From IMG/VR virus record IMGVR_UViG_3300025735_000004, positions 1 through 64,000 of that record: DNA of 64,000 nt; one strand, 5' to 3'. The notes below the pieces were generated by a model. It did no database searches and had not been told where the DNA came from. It saw only the letters and a list, made by a program, of their open reading frames with translations. Below, one piece after another: positions 36,034-45,084 of the stretch. The DNA is from a virus. Taxonomy: Duplodnaviria; Caudoviricetes. The number at the start of each line of letters is the position of its first letter. Position 1 is the first letter of the stretch. The translations under genes and the position numbers were made by a program.

Positions 36034-36287
36034 TGGACAAGTTCGATACCGACATGAACCGCGTGTTCACCGACCCGGGCGGCGTCAACGTCAATGCCCT
36101 CGACCGCCTGCGCTTTGCCAAGCAGGTGTTGCTGGGGCTGGCCTTGATCTGTTCCGCGGTGTTCATCGCCTACGGGCTGGAACCGGACAACGCCGGGCTC
36201 GGCCATATCTTTGAACTGATCAAGATCGGCGCCTTGCCCCTGGTCACCTTGGTGATCTCGTTCTACTTCCCCAGTTCGACCAAGTAA
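36033..36287 (+). CDS. Small two-TM membrane protein
   Basis: 84 aa, coupled (TAATG) to the RHH gene. Confidence 0.7.
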   Translation: MDKFDTDMNRVFTDPGGVNVNALDRLRFAKQVLLGLALICSAVFIAYGLEPDNAGLGHIFELIKIGALPLVTLVISFYFPSSTK

Positions 36288-36311
36288 CCCACCCTCACCG
36301 GAGTCACTGCC

Positions 36312-36722
36312 ATGACCCACCTTGCCCCCCGCGCCCAGCTGATCCAGCTCGACGCCCGCCTGACCTTTCACTACGTCCAAGGCTGGCGCGGTGAAGACCA
36401 GTGGGCGCCGCTGAGCGCTGCCCGCCTCACCGCCGGCACGCCGATCGCCCACGACGAAGACGACTACAGCACCACCTATCGCCACCTGCTAACCTTCGGC
36501 CCGCACGGCTGGCAGGAGGCCAAGAAGGCCTACCGGCGCCTGCTGCCGCGCAAGGAACGGCCGACCTTTGTGCGCTGGCTGGCCCGCATGATCGGCGAGC
36601 ACTTCGCCTTCGGCTGCCGCTGTGAACACGACTGCTGCGGCCACCTGCAAGGCAGCGCCAGTGCCACCTACATTGGCCGGCGCCGCTTCAGCGTGGAACG
36701 GCACAACACCCGCAACGTGTAG
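36312..36722 (+). CDS. Hypothetical protein with Cys/His cluster
   Basis: GCRCEHDCCGH motif. Confidence 0.7.
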   Translation: MTHLAPRAQLIQLDARLTFHYVQGWRGEDQWAPLSAARLTAGTPIAHDEDDYSTTYRHLLTFGPHGWQEAKKAYRRLLPRKERPTFVRWLARMIGEHFAFGCRCEHDCCGHLQGSASATYIGRRRFSVERHNTRNV

Positions 36723-36737
36723 CCCGGAGGATTCACC

Positions 36738-37100
36738 ATGAAACGCACCAAACAGCAGGCGAAGGCCTACCACAGCGCCGCGCTGGGCATCCTGCGCGGC
36801 TTCGGCGCGCAGTTGTCGGACACGCACCACCCGTACCAGCTCGAAACCACCGCTGGGACGCTGCGCGTGTCGGTCTATGGCAGCTACATCTGCACCCGGT
36901 TCGACGACGTGGCGCGGGCCAAGGCGCTGCTGCCCCCGGGGCGGTTGAACCCGTTCAGCGGCAAGTGGAACTGGATGGGCGGCATGACCCATGAAGGCGA
37001 CCTGACCGACCTCGCCCGGTTCCAGAACGAGCTGCGCCACCTGCTGCCCGAAGGCCACCAACCCAACCCGGACCTGCCCCTGGTCCCTTTCGAGGACTGA
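36738..37100 (+). CDS. Hypothetical early protein
   Basis: 120 aa. Confidence 0.7.
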   Translation: MKRTKQQAKAYHSAALGILRGFGAQLSDTHHPYQLETTAGTLRVSVYGSYICTRFDDVARAKALLPPGRLNPFSGKWNWMGGMTHEGDLTDLARFQNELRHLLPEGHQPNPDLPLVPFED

Positions 37101-37102
37101 CC

Positions 37103-37546
37103 ATGAACCGCGAACGCCTTGAACTGATGGTCACCCTGCTCGCCGAAGTCGAGGCCGGCACCTGGGAACCGACCGGCACCACCCTCGGCCACCAGCCGCT
37201 GCCGCTGCCCCCTCGCCCCGGCCACCGCTTCGACATGATCGACTGGGTCGACGACGTGCGCCCCGACTGTGGCTTTGCCGCCTGCGCCATCGGCCACGCC
37301 TGCTTGGACGAACGGTTCAACCAGCACGGCCTGTTCCTGCAATGGGGTGACCCCGGCCAGTCGCACGCCCCGATGTACTCCCACCAGAACCGCCTGCACA
37401 GATCCTGGGCCGCCGTGGGCCGGTTCTTCGACCTCACCCCCACGCAGGAAGACCACCTGTTCGACGGGGACCGGTACCCCTACGACCAGAAGAAAGACCC
37501 GGCCGCCGTGCGCCAGCGCATCGAAGCGTTTTTGGCCGCCGACTAA
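37103..37546 (+). CDS. Hypothetical early protein
   Basis: 147 aa; FDMIDW...CGFAACAIGHA motif. Confidence 0.7.
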   Translation: MNRERLELMVTLLAEVEAGTWEPTGTTLGHQPLPLPPRPGHRFDMIDWVDDVRPDCGFAACAIGHACLDERFNQHGLFLQWGDPGQSHAPMYSHQNRLHRSWAAVGRFFDLTPTQEDHLFDGDRYPYDQKKDPAAVRQRIEAFLAAD

Positions 37547-37571
37547 CCCACCCGACAAGGGAGCGACAACC

Positions 37572-37886
37572 ATGAAAAAGATCATCGACGGCAAGCGCTA
37601 CGACACCGCCACCGCGACCCTGCTGGGCGAGGACAGTGGCGGCGGCGGACCCAGTGACTTCAACTACTTTGACGAGGCGCTGTATCGCACCGCCAAGGGC
37701 GCGTATTTCCTCGCCGGGGAAGGTGGTGCGCTCACCAAGTACGCCCTGCGCTGCGGCGACAACTCGCGCACCTTCGGCGAGGGCCTGTTCCCCCTGACCG
37801 CTGGCGAGGCCCGGGAATGGGCGGAACAGCACCTCACCACCGAGGAAGTCGAAGAACACTTCGGTGGCGCCATCGAAGACGCTTAA
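37572..37886 (+). CDS. Conserved mobile-element protein (MKKIIDGKRYDT family)
   Basis: 104 aa, recognisable N-terminus and LYRT.KG.YFL.G.GG motif. Confidence 0.75.
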   Translation: MKKIIDGKRYDTATATLLGEDSGGGGPSDFNYFDEALYRTAKGAYFLAGEGGALTKYALRCGDNSRTFGEGLFPLTAGEAREWAEQHLTTEEVEEHFGGAIEDA

Positions 37887-37919
37887 CCCACCCCACCACC
37901 CCCCGAAAGGATCACTGCC

Positions 37920-38351
37920 ATGGTCAAACTCAGCCAGCTCACCCAATGCTTCTACGTGCCCGGACAAGGCCACATCATTGACTCGGCCTACCAGAATGAA
38001 GCCGGCGAATGGGTCAGTCACATCCACCGCAAGAACCTGATGCAGATGCGCGACGAGCACCCCGACGTGGTGCTGGGCAACCTCGACGAATGGATTGACG
38101 CCGATGAGAAACGCCTGATCAGCCCGCCCAAGGAGATCACCAAGGAAGAGTGGTGGGAGGCGCTGGAATGCCTGCCGCCGGAGAGCTGGCAGAACAGCGG
38201 CGGCGGGGAATCGTTCGTCATGATGGAATACTACAGCGGCCGGATTACCAGCATCTACGTGCGCCTGGGCGAGCGCTATTGCACCTTCCACGACGTGGCC
38301 AACCTGCCGCACCTGGACCGCCTGGCCAAGGCTCGCACCCTGCTGGGCTAA
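37920..38351 (+). CDS. Hypothetical protein (DUF1419-like C-terminus)
   Basis: EEWWEALECLPP...FVMMEYYSGRITSIY. Confidence 0.65.
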   Translation: MVKLSQLTQCFYVPGQGHIIDSAYQNEAGEWVSHIHRKNLMQMRDEHPDVVLGNLDEWIDADEKRLISPPKEITKEEWWEALECLPPESWQNSGGGESFVMMEYYSGRITSIYVRLGERYCTFHDVANLPHLDRLAKARTLLG

Positions 38352-38360
38352 GCCGCTGGC

Positions 38361-38393
38361 CATGAATTCACGGTTCACAATTCACAATTCACC
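38361..38393 (+). repeat. Heptad array
   Basis: CATGAAT/ATTCACG GTTCACA ATTCACA ATTCACC. Confidence 0.9.
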
Positions 38394-38411
38394 CAAGAAG
38401 GAAGCACTGCC

Positions 38412-38693
38412 ATGCCCACCCAAACCACCCTGTTCGCCCTGTTCAAAGTCGCCGACGTGATCGAAATCGACGGCTACGAAGTCGATAACTGCGCCTTCCT
38501 GCCCAACGACGTGGTGCGGCTCGACTACTGCCACGACGACGAGCGCACCTGCTTTGTGGACCAGCCGGTCAGCCTCGATGACGGCGCCTGCCAAGCCGTT
38601 TCCTGCGACGACCCCCAGTATGGCGGTGAAGCCGGGGATACCTGCGACCTGACCTTCAAGGTCACCCGCCTGCTGCAACCCGAGGATCTGTGA
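38412..38693 (+). CDS. Acidic hypothetical protein
   Basis: 93 aa. Confidence 0.65.
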   Translation: MPTQTTLFALFKVADVIEIDGYEVDNCAFLPNDVVRLDYCHDDERTCFVDQPVSLDDGACQAVSCDDPQYGGEAGDTCDLTFKVTRLLQPEDL

Positions 38694-38714
38694 ATTCACA
38701 ATTCACAATTCACA
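38689..38714 (+). repeat. Heptad array
   Basis: TGTGAAT/ATTCACA ATTCACA ATTCACA, overlapping the upstream stop codon. Confidence 0.9.
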
Positions 38715-38739
38715 AACCACCCGAGAAGGGACCACCGCA

Positions 38740-38913
38740 ATGAACCCGATTGACCCCAACTTCGTACAGTTCTGCCGGGGCTTGACCGACAAGCAACTGG
38801 AAAACGTCCTCGCGGACGAATGGAGCGCCCACAAACACCGTGACTACGCCTCGGCGCAGCAGGCGGCCGTGGAACGCGGCTGGACCGTGCAAGATGGCCA
38901 GCGCATCAACTAA
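38740..38913 (+). CDS. Small hypothetical protein (57 aa)
   Basis: MNPIDPNFVQFCRGLTDKQLENVLADEW...; AAGGGA RBS; below the ORF-track cutoff. Confidence 0.65.
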   Translation: MNPIDPNFVQFCRGLTDKQLENVLADEWSAHKHRDYASAQQAAVERGWTVQDGQRIN

Positions 38914-38918
38914 CCCGC

Positions 38919-38951
38919 CATGAACCATGAAGTCACAATTCATGGTTCACA
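38919..38951 (+). repeat. Heptad array
   Basis: CATGAAC CATGAAG/AGTCACA ATTCATG GTTCACA. Confidence 0.85.
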
Positions 38952-38977
38952 AACCAACACCTGAACAGGAGGCCGCC

Positions 38978-39373
38978 ATGGCCCTGATGATCCCCCTGAA
39001 TGACGCGCCGTACCTGATGACCACCGAAACCCACCCGGAGCTGTACGAGACCAGCGGCAGCCTGACCTTGGAGGCCATGCAGCAGATGGTCGGCGGCTAC
39101 ATCGAGCACGTCTTCCTGCACCCGACGCCGCGCCTGCGCCTGACCTTGGACACCAGCAACGACCTGCGCGGCGTGCTGGAAGGCGCCCCGCCCAACGCCA
39201 CGGACGTGCCCGACGACTTCCTTCCCTACGTTCACTTGGTGATCAATGAAGAGGGCAAGCTGAACGGCCTGGCCATCAACCCGATCGCCTCGGCGCTGGT
39301 CCAGCGCCACGGCCTGCGCGGGGACGTGATCTGCGGCCCCGCGCTGTTCCTCGGCCAGGACGAAATGCAATAA
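38978..39373 (+). CDS. DUF3846-like protein
   Basis: LEAMQQMVGGYIE...NEEGKLNGLAINPIAS...DVICGPAL. Confidence 0.75.
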   Translation: MALMIPLNDAPYLMTTETHPELYETSGSLTLEAMQQMVGGYIEHVFLHPTPRLRLTLDTSNDLRGVLEGAPPNATDVPDDFLPYVHLVINEEGKLNGLAINPIASALVQRHGLRGDVICGPALFLGQDEMQ

Positions 39374-39380
39374 CGCCCAC

Positions 39381-39413
39381 CGTGAATTCACAATTCACAG
39401 TTCACAGTTCACA
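39381..39413 (+). repeat. Heptad array
   Basis: CGTGAAT/ATTCACA ATTCACA GTTCACA GTTCACA. Confidence 0.9.
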
Positions 39414-39451
39414 AACCGCAACACACCCACCCCGAAAGAAGGATCACTGCC

Positions 39452-40159
39452 ATGAACCTGATTCAAGTGAAAAGCTGGAACATCGAACGCGGCCAAGACA
39501 TCGACGCCGCCATGCTGATGGGCAGTTTCACCCGCTACCTGTACCGCGATCTGGACGCGGTGGAAGTGCCGGGTAGGCCGTCGTTCCACGAGGGTATCGA
39601 AACCAGCTTCGACCGCCTGCACGGCGGCTGCCTGTTCCTGTCGTTCACCGCCTTGGCCGTGCTGGAAGAGTTGATCGACTGGGACAAGTGGGGCGAGTTC
39701 GGCGGCGGGGTGTTCGCCTACGAGCACTTGGAAGCCGACGATACCCAGCCCTATACCGAGGGCACCGACCTCGCCGCCTTCCTGCTGCGCGAGATCCCCG
39801 CAGTGGCCTGGTACGAGATCGCCGAAAACTGGGACGTGCCCAACGACACCGAGCTGACCGACCTGCTGACCCGCTGGGCGGTGGCGGTCAAATTGCCGTT
39901 GGTGGACAGTGCCGTGCCGCTGCCCGCTGAGGCCCCCGTGCTGTTAGCCGAGGCCCCCGAGCCGGAGCGCCGCTGCGACTCCTTGCCCTACGACTTCGAA
40001 GACTTCGGCCTGAACCTCACCGAGTTGCAGGACAAGTACGCCACCGAGCAGGAACACCCCGAGTACCCCAACGGCCGCTGGGGGAGGGAGGCGCCCACGA
40101 CCCCCTACTGGGACTGGGTCATGGCCTGCATCGCCAAGGATGACGACGACACCGAGTAA
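39452..40159 (+). CDS. Acidic hypothetical protein
   Basis: 235 aa. Confidence 0.7.
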   Translation: MNLIQVKSWNIERGQDIDAAMLMGSFTRYLYRDLDAVEVPGRPSFHEGIETSFDRLHGGCLFLSFTALAVLEELIDWDKWGEFGGGVFAYEHLEADDTQPYTEGTDLAAFLLREIPAVAWYEIAENWDVPNDTELTDLLTRWAVAVKLPLVDSAVPLPAEAPVLLAEAPEPERRCDSLPYDFEDFGLNLTELQDKYATEQEHPEYPNGRWGREAPTTPYWDWVMACIAKDDDDTE

Positions 40160-40210
40160 GGCCCACGGGCAGGGACGCCCACTCCACCTACCCGAGAAGG
40201 GAGCACCACC

Positions 40211-40747
40211 ATGACTACCCCCAACCCTGCGCACGCGGCGCGAATCCAGTGCCTCGACCGCGACGGCAACGTCAGCTTCTTGCACTACCAGAACGGCTGG
40301 ACCGTGACCCTGGCCCACGGCCAACGCGCCGCGCTGTCCTACGCCGGCTTCCCGCACCACCAGGCCGCGGCCTGCAAGTTCGCCCTCGACGACTGCAAGA
40401 CCCCGGCCGAGGTGCTGGCGGCAGCCCGGCGCTACGGCTGCCACACCTACACCTTGGAACTGCCCGCCAAGGAAGTCGACGATGACGGCGGCCCAGCGCC
40501 CGCTGACCACTACCGTGCGGTCGACGCGACCGGCAGCAAGATGGTGTGGGTCCCGCTCCCACAGGCGCCGAGCCTGAGCGACCGCCTCACCGCGATCGTC
40601 GACGAAGCCCGCGCCGCCGGCTACGCGGTGGCGGTGCTGTACCCCGAGGAACTGATCGGAGTCGACAACGAAGCGCTGCAGGTCCACCTGGTGCGGGCAG
40701 GGAAGGCCTTCATCGACGCCAACCGTGAACCGGAAGAAGAGGAATAA
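40211..40747 (+). CDS. Hypothetical protein
   Basis: 178 aa. Confidence 0.7.
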   Translation: MTTPNPAHAARIQCLDRDGNVSFLHYQNGWTVTLAHGQRAALSYAGFPHHQAAACKFALDDCKTPAEVLAAARRYGCHTYTLELPAKEVDDDGGPAPADHYRAVDATGSKMVWVPLPQAPSLSDRLTAIVDEARAAGYAVAVLYPEELIGVDNEALQVHLVRAGKAFIDANREPEEEE

Positions 40748-40751
40748 CAGC

Positions 40752-41141
40752 ATGAAAGCCGTCACCCAAGCCCCCAAGCCGGTCGAGATCATCGCCGGGC
40801 GTTTCGTCGTCATGTTCGAAGCGCAGGAAGAGGACACCGACCCGCGCAAACACTTCGTTGAGCAGTGCGGCTGGACGCCGAAGGACTACGCCAAGCAGCG
40901 CAACACCCAGTGGTTCGGCGTGCATATCACCCTGTGGGCCGGGGGCGAGCAGGTCGCTGAGCAGTTCCTGGGCGCCTGCGCCTACAAGAACCCCGATGAG
41001 TTCTGGCAGCGCTATCGCGGCGACTACTACGCCGACATGGTTAGCGAATGCCTGACCGCTGCCGGAGAACCCGTGCTCGCCACCATGTGGCGCGACACCG
41101 TGCGAGCTGAAACAGCCGCTAAACAAGGAGTAGCCCCATGA
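40752..41141 (+). CDS. Hypothetical protein
   Basis: 129 aa from ATG 40752. Confidence 0.7.
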   Translation: MKAVTQAPKPVEIIAGRFVVMFEAQEEDTDPRKHFVEQCGWTPKDYAKQRNTQWFGVHITLWAGGEQVAEQFLGACAYKNPDEFWQRYRGDYYADMVSECLTAAGEPVLATMWRDTVRAETAAKQGVAP

Positions 41142-42130
41142 CCATCACCATTGACCCGAAGCACCCCCTCGGCAGCGGCTCGCTGCTCTGGCTGCTGTCC
41201 GGGCGCATCCCCGGGGATGACGACGACACGCCGATGCTGTTCCTCGCCAACACCGAGGCAGGCGCCAAAGCCGCCTACGTGAAGTACATGCACGAACTGG
41301 CGGACCTCGATGCGGACGGCCTTAAGCAGCTGGAAGCCGACCATGGCAAAACCTGTTACATCAACGTCTGCGATCAGATCGGCGCTGAGCAGTCCGAGCC
41401 CCGGGAGTACGCCATCGCGATGCACGGGCTGCCCGGCCCCACCTGGCTGCAACAACCTGAAGACGACAACGACCTGGTGCTGCCGCTGACCTCTAACCCG
41501 GTGCTGGCCGCGACGTACACCGAAGCCGAGGCGCGCAGCCTGTGGGCGGACGTGTCCAAGCGGTTCCCCTCGGCGTCGTTTCGCCTTGATCGGCTGGTCA
41601 CCCCGGCGCGGATCGCGGATCTGGAGCAACGCCTGCGCGACCTCGCCGAGGGCGCCCGCAGCAAAGCCGACCTGATCGCCAGCGGCTCGCCGACCTCGGC
41701 CTACGCCAATCCGGTGCAGATCCTGCGGGCGATCGCCAAGGAAGCCGAGGACGGGTTGGGTCCCGACCCGGCCGCCGAGCTGGAGATTCAGCGCACACTG
41801 ATGCTCAGCACCGCCCACCTGCCGGACCTTTACCTTAAGTGGCTCAATGCGCAGGACCGGGTCAATGAAGGCGTCTTGTGGGAAGTCCCGCCGACTGCGA
41901 TTGCCGATGACGACGCGGAACCATCGAGCCTGATCGTCGACCCGGTCGGCGAATACGGCTGGCGGATCTGCATCACCGACTCGGTTGATGAATTCTCCGC
42001 AAGGGTGCCCGCTGACGACCCACTGCTGGCCTTGCTGCGCTTCGCCGAAACCCACCACTGCGACTGGCTGGGCATCGACCGGGACGGCCCGATCGTGCCC
42101 GGCCTGCCGACCTTTGAGGACGATGAATAA
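41138..42130 (+). CDS. Multi-domain hypothetical protein, C-terminus DUF5983-like
   Basis: LMLSTAHLP...EYGWRI...CDWLGIDRDGPIVPGLPTFE. Confidence 0.7.
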   Translation: MTITIDPKHPLGSGSLLWLLSGRIPGDDDDTPMLFLANTEAGAKAAYVKYMHELADLDADGLKQLEADHGKTCYINVCDQIGAEQSEPREYAIAMHGLPGPTWLQQPEDDNDLVLPLTSNPVLAATYTEAEARSLWADVSKRFPSASFRLDRLVTPARIADLEQRLRDLAEGARSKADLIASGSPTSAYANPVQILRAIAKEAEDGLGPDPAAELEIQRTLMLSTAHLPDLYLKWLNAQDRVNEGVLWEVPPTAIADDDAEPSSLIVDPVGEYGWRICITDSVDEFSARVPADDPLLALLRFAETHHCDWLGIDRDGPIVPGLPTFEDDE

Positions 42131-42131
42131 C

Positions 42132-42338
42132 ATGCGCATTCTCCCTGTCATCACCAGCCGCAACCCGAGCAGTCGCCCCGAAAACGACACGCTGCTGCAC
42201 TGCTACGTCTGCCCGCTGCAGGCCACCTTCAGCACGGCAGCGGCCACCGGCTGGACCTTCGACGCGGACGGGGAACCGTTCCGCACCTACTACTGCCCGG
42301 CTCACCGGCCGGACCCACGCAAAGAGAGGCAACCATGA
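42132..42338 (+). CDS. Small Zn-finger-like protein
   Basis: 68 aa, CYVC...YYCPAH. Confidence 0.6.
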   Translation: MRILPVITSRNPSSRPENDTLLHCYVCPLQATFSTAAATGWTFDADGEPFRTYYCPAHRPDPRKERQP

Positions 42339-42940
42339 AACGCCCAATGAGCAACGATGAACTGCTCCATCACATCATGCTGTACAGCAAGCACGGCTCG
42401 CTGATGCAGCTGATCGTGATGGAAGGGATACGCAACTACGCCGAAGCGATCGTGGACGCCGAGCCAGGCTTTCTCGGTACCGCCGCGCTGATGTTCAACG
42501 AAGACGACTGGCGCAACTGCTGCCGAGAGCTGCTGGACACGCTGGCCAACCGCGGGCAGCTGATGACCGAGGAAATCAGCGTGGAAGTGGAACTGGAGGA
42601 CTTCACTCCGGCGGCCCATGAAGACCCCGAAAAGGCCGGGCTGCTCAAGACCCTGCTGCACCTGGTCGGCCAAGGCTGGCAACCGGTCGAGCTGTACGAC
42701 TCGGAAGAATGGCGCAACTTCAAAGCAGGGGCGCCGCTGCCGGACGTGGTTGAGGCCTGCGCGGAAGTCGAAATGGCGACCCTGCGCCTGCGCCACTGGG
42801 ACGGCCGCACTGGCTCGCTCGGGCTGGTGTGGGGCAACAGCCCGCTTGAACTGATCGCCGACCACACCACCGACCACGGCTTTGACGAAGCGGTTGCCGC
42901 CGCCCAGCGCAGCGTGTGGCCCAACTACCCGGAGGAATGA
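42335..42940 (+). CDS. Hypothetical protein
   Basis: 201 aa. Confidence 0.7.
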   Translation: MKRPMSNDELLHHIMLYSKHGSLMQLIVMEGIRNYAEAIVDAEPGFLGTAALMFNEDDWRNCCRELLDTLANRGQLMTEEISVEVELEDFTPAAHEDPEKAGLLKTLLHLVGQGWQPVELYDSEEWRNFKAGAPLPDVVEACAEVEMATLRLRHWDGRTGSLGLVWGNSPLELIADHTTDHGFDEAVAAAQRSVWPNYPEE

Positions 42941-42941
42941 C

Positions 42942-43205
42942 ATGAGCAAGGAAGAACTGTTGGCCCAGGCCATTCAGGCCGGCGCCTCGATAAGCGAATT
43001 CATCAACAAGTTCGTGGAGCTGAACCCCCCGAGCGAGCGTGAAGTCGCGCTGATCAACAAGGCCCGAGAGCAGTACGTCAACGAGGGCGTGCTGGAGATT
43101 GACGAGCCCACCATTGCATCCATCGGCGACGACCCCGGTGGCTACGTGCTGGCGTGGGTATGGGTCTACGACAAGGTCGATGACGAAGAAGAGGAAGAGG
43201 GCTGA
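42942..43205 (+). CDS. Acidic hypothetical protein
   Basis: 87 aa; GYVLAWVWV motif. Confidence 0.7.
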   Translation: MSKEELLAQAIQAGASISEFINKFVELNPPSEREVALINKAREQYVNEGVLEIDEPTIASIGDDPGGYVLAWVWVYDKVDDEEEEEG

Positions 43206-43208
43206 GCC

Positions 43209-43433
43209 ATGTGGAAGTGCCCGGAATGCCACAGCCATCACCTGAACGTGATGATCACCACCTGCGCCAAGTTGTTGCAGTACGAGGACAACTTTGAAAC
43301 CGAGGTGGCCGGCGACCACGAGTGGGACGACACGTCGAACATGACCTGCGAAGACTGCGGGCACTGCGATGCCGCGTTGCACTTTGACACCGACCAAGAT
43401 GAACCAACACCTGAGAAGGAACCGCAACCATGA
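43209..43433 (+). CDS. Zn-ribbon protein
   Basis: CPEC and CEDC pairs. Confidence 0.7.
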   Translation: MWKCPECHSHHLNVMITTCAKLLQYEDNFETEVAGDHEWDDTSNMTCEDCGHCDAALHFDTDQDEPTPEKEPQP

Positions 43434-43870
43434 GCACCTGGCACCAAGACAAAGCCCCCGTGAACCCGCAACACCCGTTCAACTGGACGGTGTACACCAA
43501 CCCGCCGAACCGCTCGGCCTCGGCGATGGCCTACCCCACCCAGGCCGAGGCCGAGGCGTTCATGGAACGGCTCAAGGCCGCCGTGAAGCCCGACGATCTG
43601 GAACGGCAGCTCGCGCTCAAGCACACCCGCATCCTGCCGCCGGTGTACACCAACGACCAGCGCCACGAACTGTTCTACGACGTGCGCAAACCCAGCGGCC
43701 AGCTCGGTTACGTGAAGAAGGAACACATCGAGCGCTTCCTGCTGGAGCTGTGCGGCGGGGGCATGGACGCCAAGCAGACGGCCAGCGCCATGCAGTACGG
43801 CGGCGAGTTGAAGTTGAACACCCGTGTCGTCGTCAAGGGGCACAAGATCGGCCCGGTCGGGACGGTGTGA
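43430..43870 (+). CDS. Hypothetical protein
   Basis: 146 aa. Confidence 0.65.
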   Translation: MSTWHQDKAPVNPQHPFNWTVYTNPPNRSASAMAYPTQAEAEAFMERLKAAVKPDDLERQLALKHTRILPPVYTNDQRHELFYDVRKPSGQLGYVKKEHIERFLLELCGGGMDAKQTASAMQYGGELKLNTRVVVKGHKIGPVGTV

Positions 43871-43871
43871 C

Positions 43872-44069
43872 ATGCACAAACCCATCCTGATCGCCACGGA
43901 CGGGCGCAAGAACGGCCTGGAAGCCTGGGCGCTGTACGACGACACCATCCCGGGCTATGAGCTGTTCGCCAGCCAGGCCTGCAACGATTACTTCGGGGAT
44001 GCCGACACCCTGGAAGACTGCAAGAAAGTCGCGCAAGCCTGGTTTGACCAGCGCGCCAGCGAGCAATAA
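43872..44069 (+). CDS. Small hypothetical protein
   Basis: 65 aa. Confidence 0.6.
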   Translation: MHKPILIATDGRKNGLEAWALYDDTIPGYELFASQACNDYFGDADTLEDCKKVAQAWFDQRASEQ

Positions 44070-44158
44070 CCCCCGCACCACCCCGTAACCCCAAACCCCA
44101 ATAAGGCCAGCCAACTACCCCGGCAGGCCTACTCTTGCCTGTAGAAAGGAGAATCACC

Positions 44159-45001
44159 ATGCAACGCGCCCTTAGCCGTAACTTCGCTCACAACGCCAAC
44201 TCGCTGCGCAGCGAAATCGCCCTCACCGACGACCAGATTTTCCGGGTCGCCCCCTCGATCTTTGCGCAGGAACCACACGGCTCCCGCAGCGAACGCTATG
44301 CCTACATCCCGACCATCGACGTGCTCAACGGCCTGCGCAAGGAAGGCTTCGAACCCTTCGCCGTGGTGCAGTCCAAGTGCCGGCTGGAAGGTAAGAGTGA
44401 GTTCACCAAGCACATGATCCGCATGCGCCACGCCAACAACATCCTCGCCCCGCAGGCCAACGAGATCATCCTGCTCAACAGCCACGACGGCACGTCGTCC
44501 TATCAGATGCTGGCCGGGTGTTTCCGCTTCGTCTGCCAGAACGGCATGATTGCCGGCGACATCCTGGAAGACATCCGCATTGGCCACCGCGGTGACGTGA
44601 TGGGCAACGTGATCGAGGGTGCCTACACCGTGCTGCAGGGCTTCGACCTGGTGGATGAATCCCGCGAGGTGATGCAACAGACCCGCCTCAGTCAGGAGGA
44701 ACAGGCGGTGTTCGCCCGCTCGGCGCTGATGCTGCGCTACGACACCGAAGACGCTGGCAAGGCGCCAATCCAGGCCGACCAGCTGCTGCGGCCACACCGC
44801 CGGGAAGACACCGGCACCGACCTGTGGACCACCTTCAACGTCGTGCAAGAGAACGCCTTGAAAGGCGGGCTGCGGGGCCGCACGGCCAACAACCACCGCA
44901 CCACCACCCGTGCCGTCACTGGCATCACCCAGGACATGAAACTCAACCAGGCCCTGTGGGCACTGGCCGAGGGCATGCGCCAGCTGAAAGCCGCCGCCTG
45001 A
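44159..45001 (+). CDS. DUF932 family protein (plasmid leading-region type)
   Basis: PHGSRSERYAYIPTIDVL, FTKHMIRMR, NSHDGTSSYQMLAGCFRFVCQNG, LWTTFNVVQEN. Confidence 0.92.
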   Translation: MQRALSRNFAHNANSLRSEIALTDDQIFRVAPSIFAQEPHGSRSERYAYIPTIDVLNGLRKEGFEPFAVVQSKCRLEGKSEFTKHMIRMRHANNILAPQANEIILLNSHDGTSSYQMLAGCFRFVCQNGMIAGDILEDIRIGHRGDVMGNVIEGAYTVLQGFDLVDESREVMQQTRLSQEEQAVFARSALMLRYDTEDAGKAPIQADQLLRPHRREDTGTDLWTTFNVVQENALKGGLRGRTANNHRTTTRAVTGITQDMKLNQALWALAEGMRQLKAAA

Positions 45002-45084
45002 CGGCGGGCACGTTGGAACCGGACGCTGCTGGTAGACTGTCGGTCTACCCGCAGCCCCCTCCACCCTTTAAGTGACTCACTGCC

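Noticed and set aside
34941-39413. CRISPR array interpretation of the repeats
   Set aside because: Units are 7 bp and contiguous, with no unique spacers and no cas genes.
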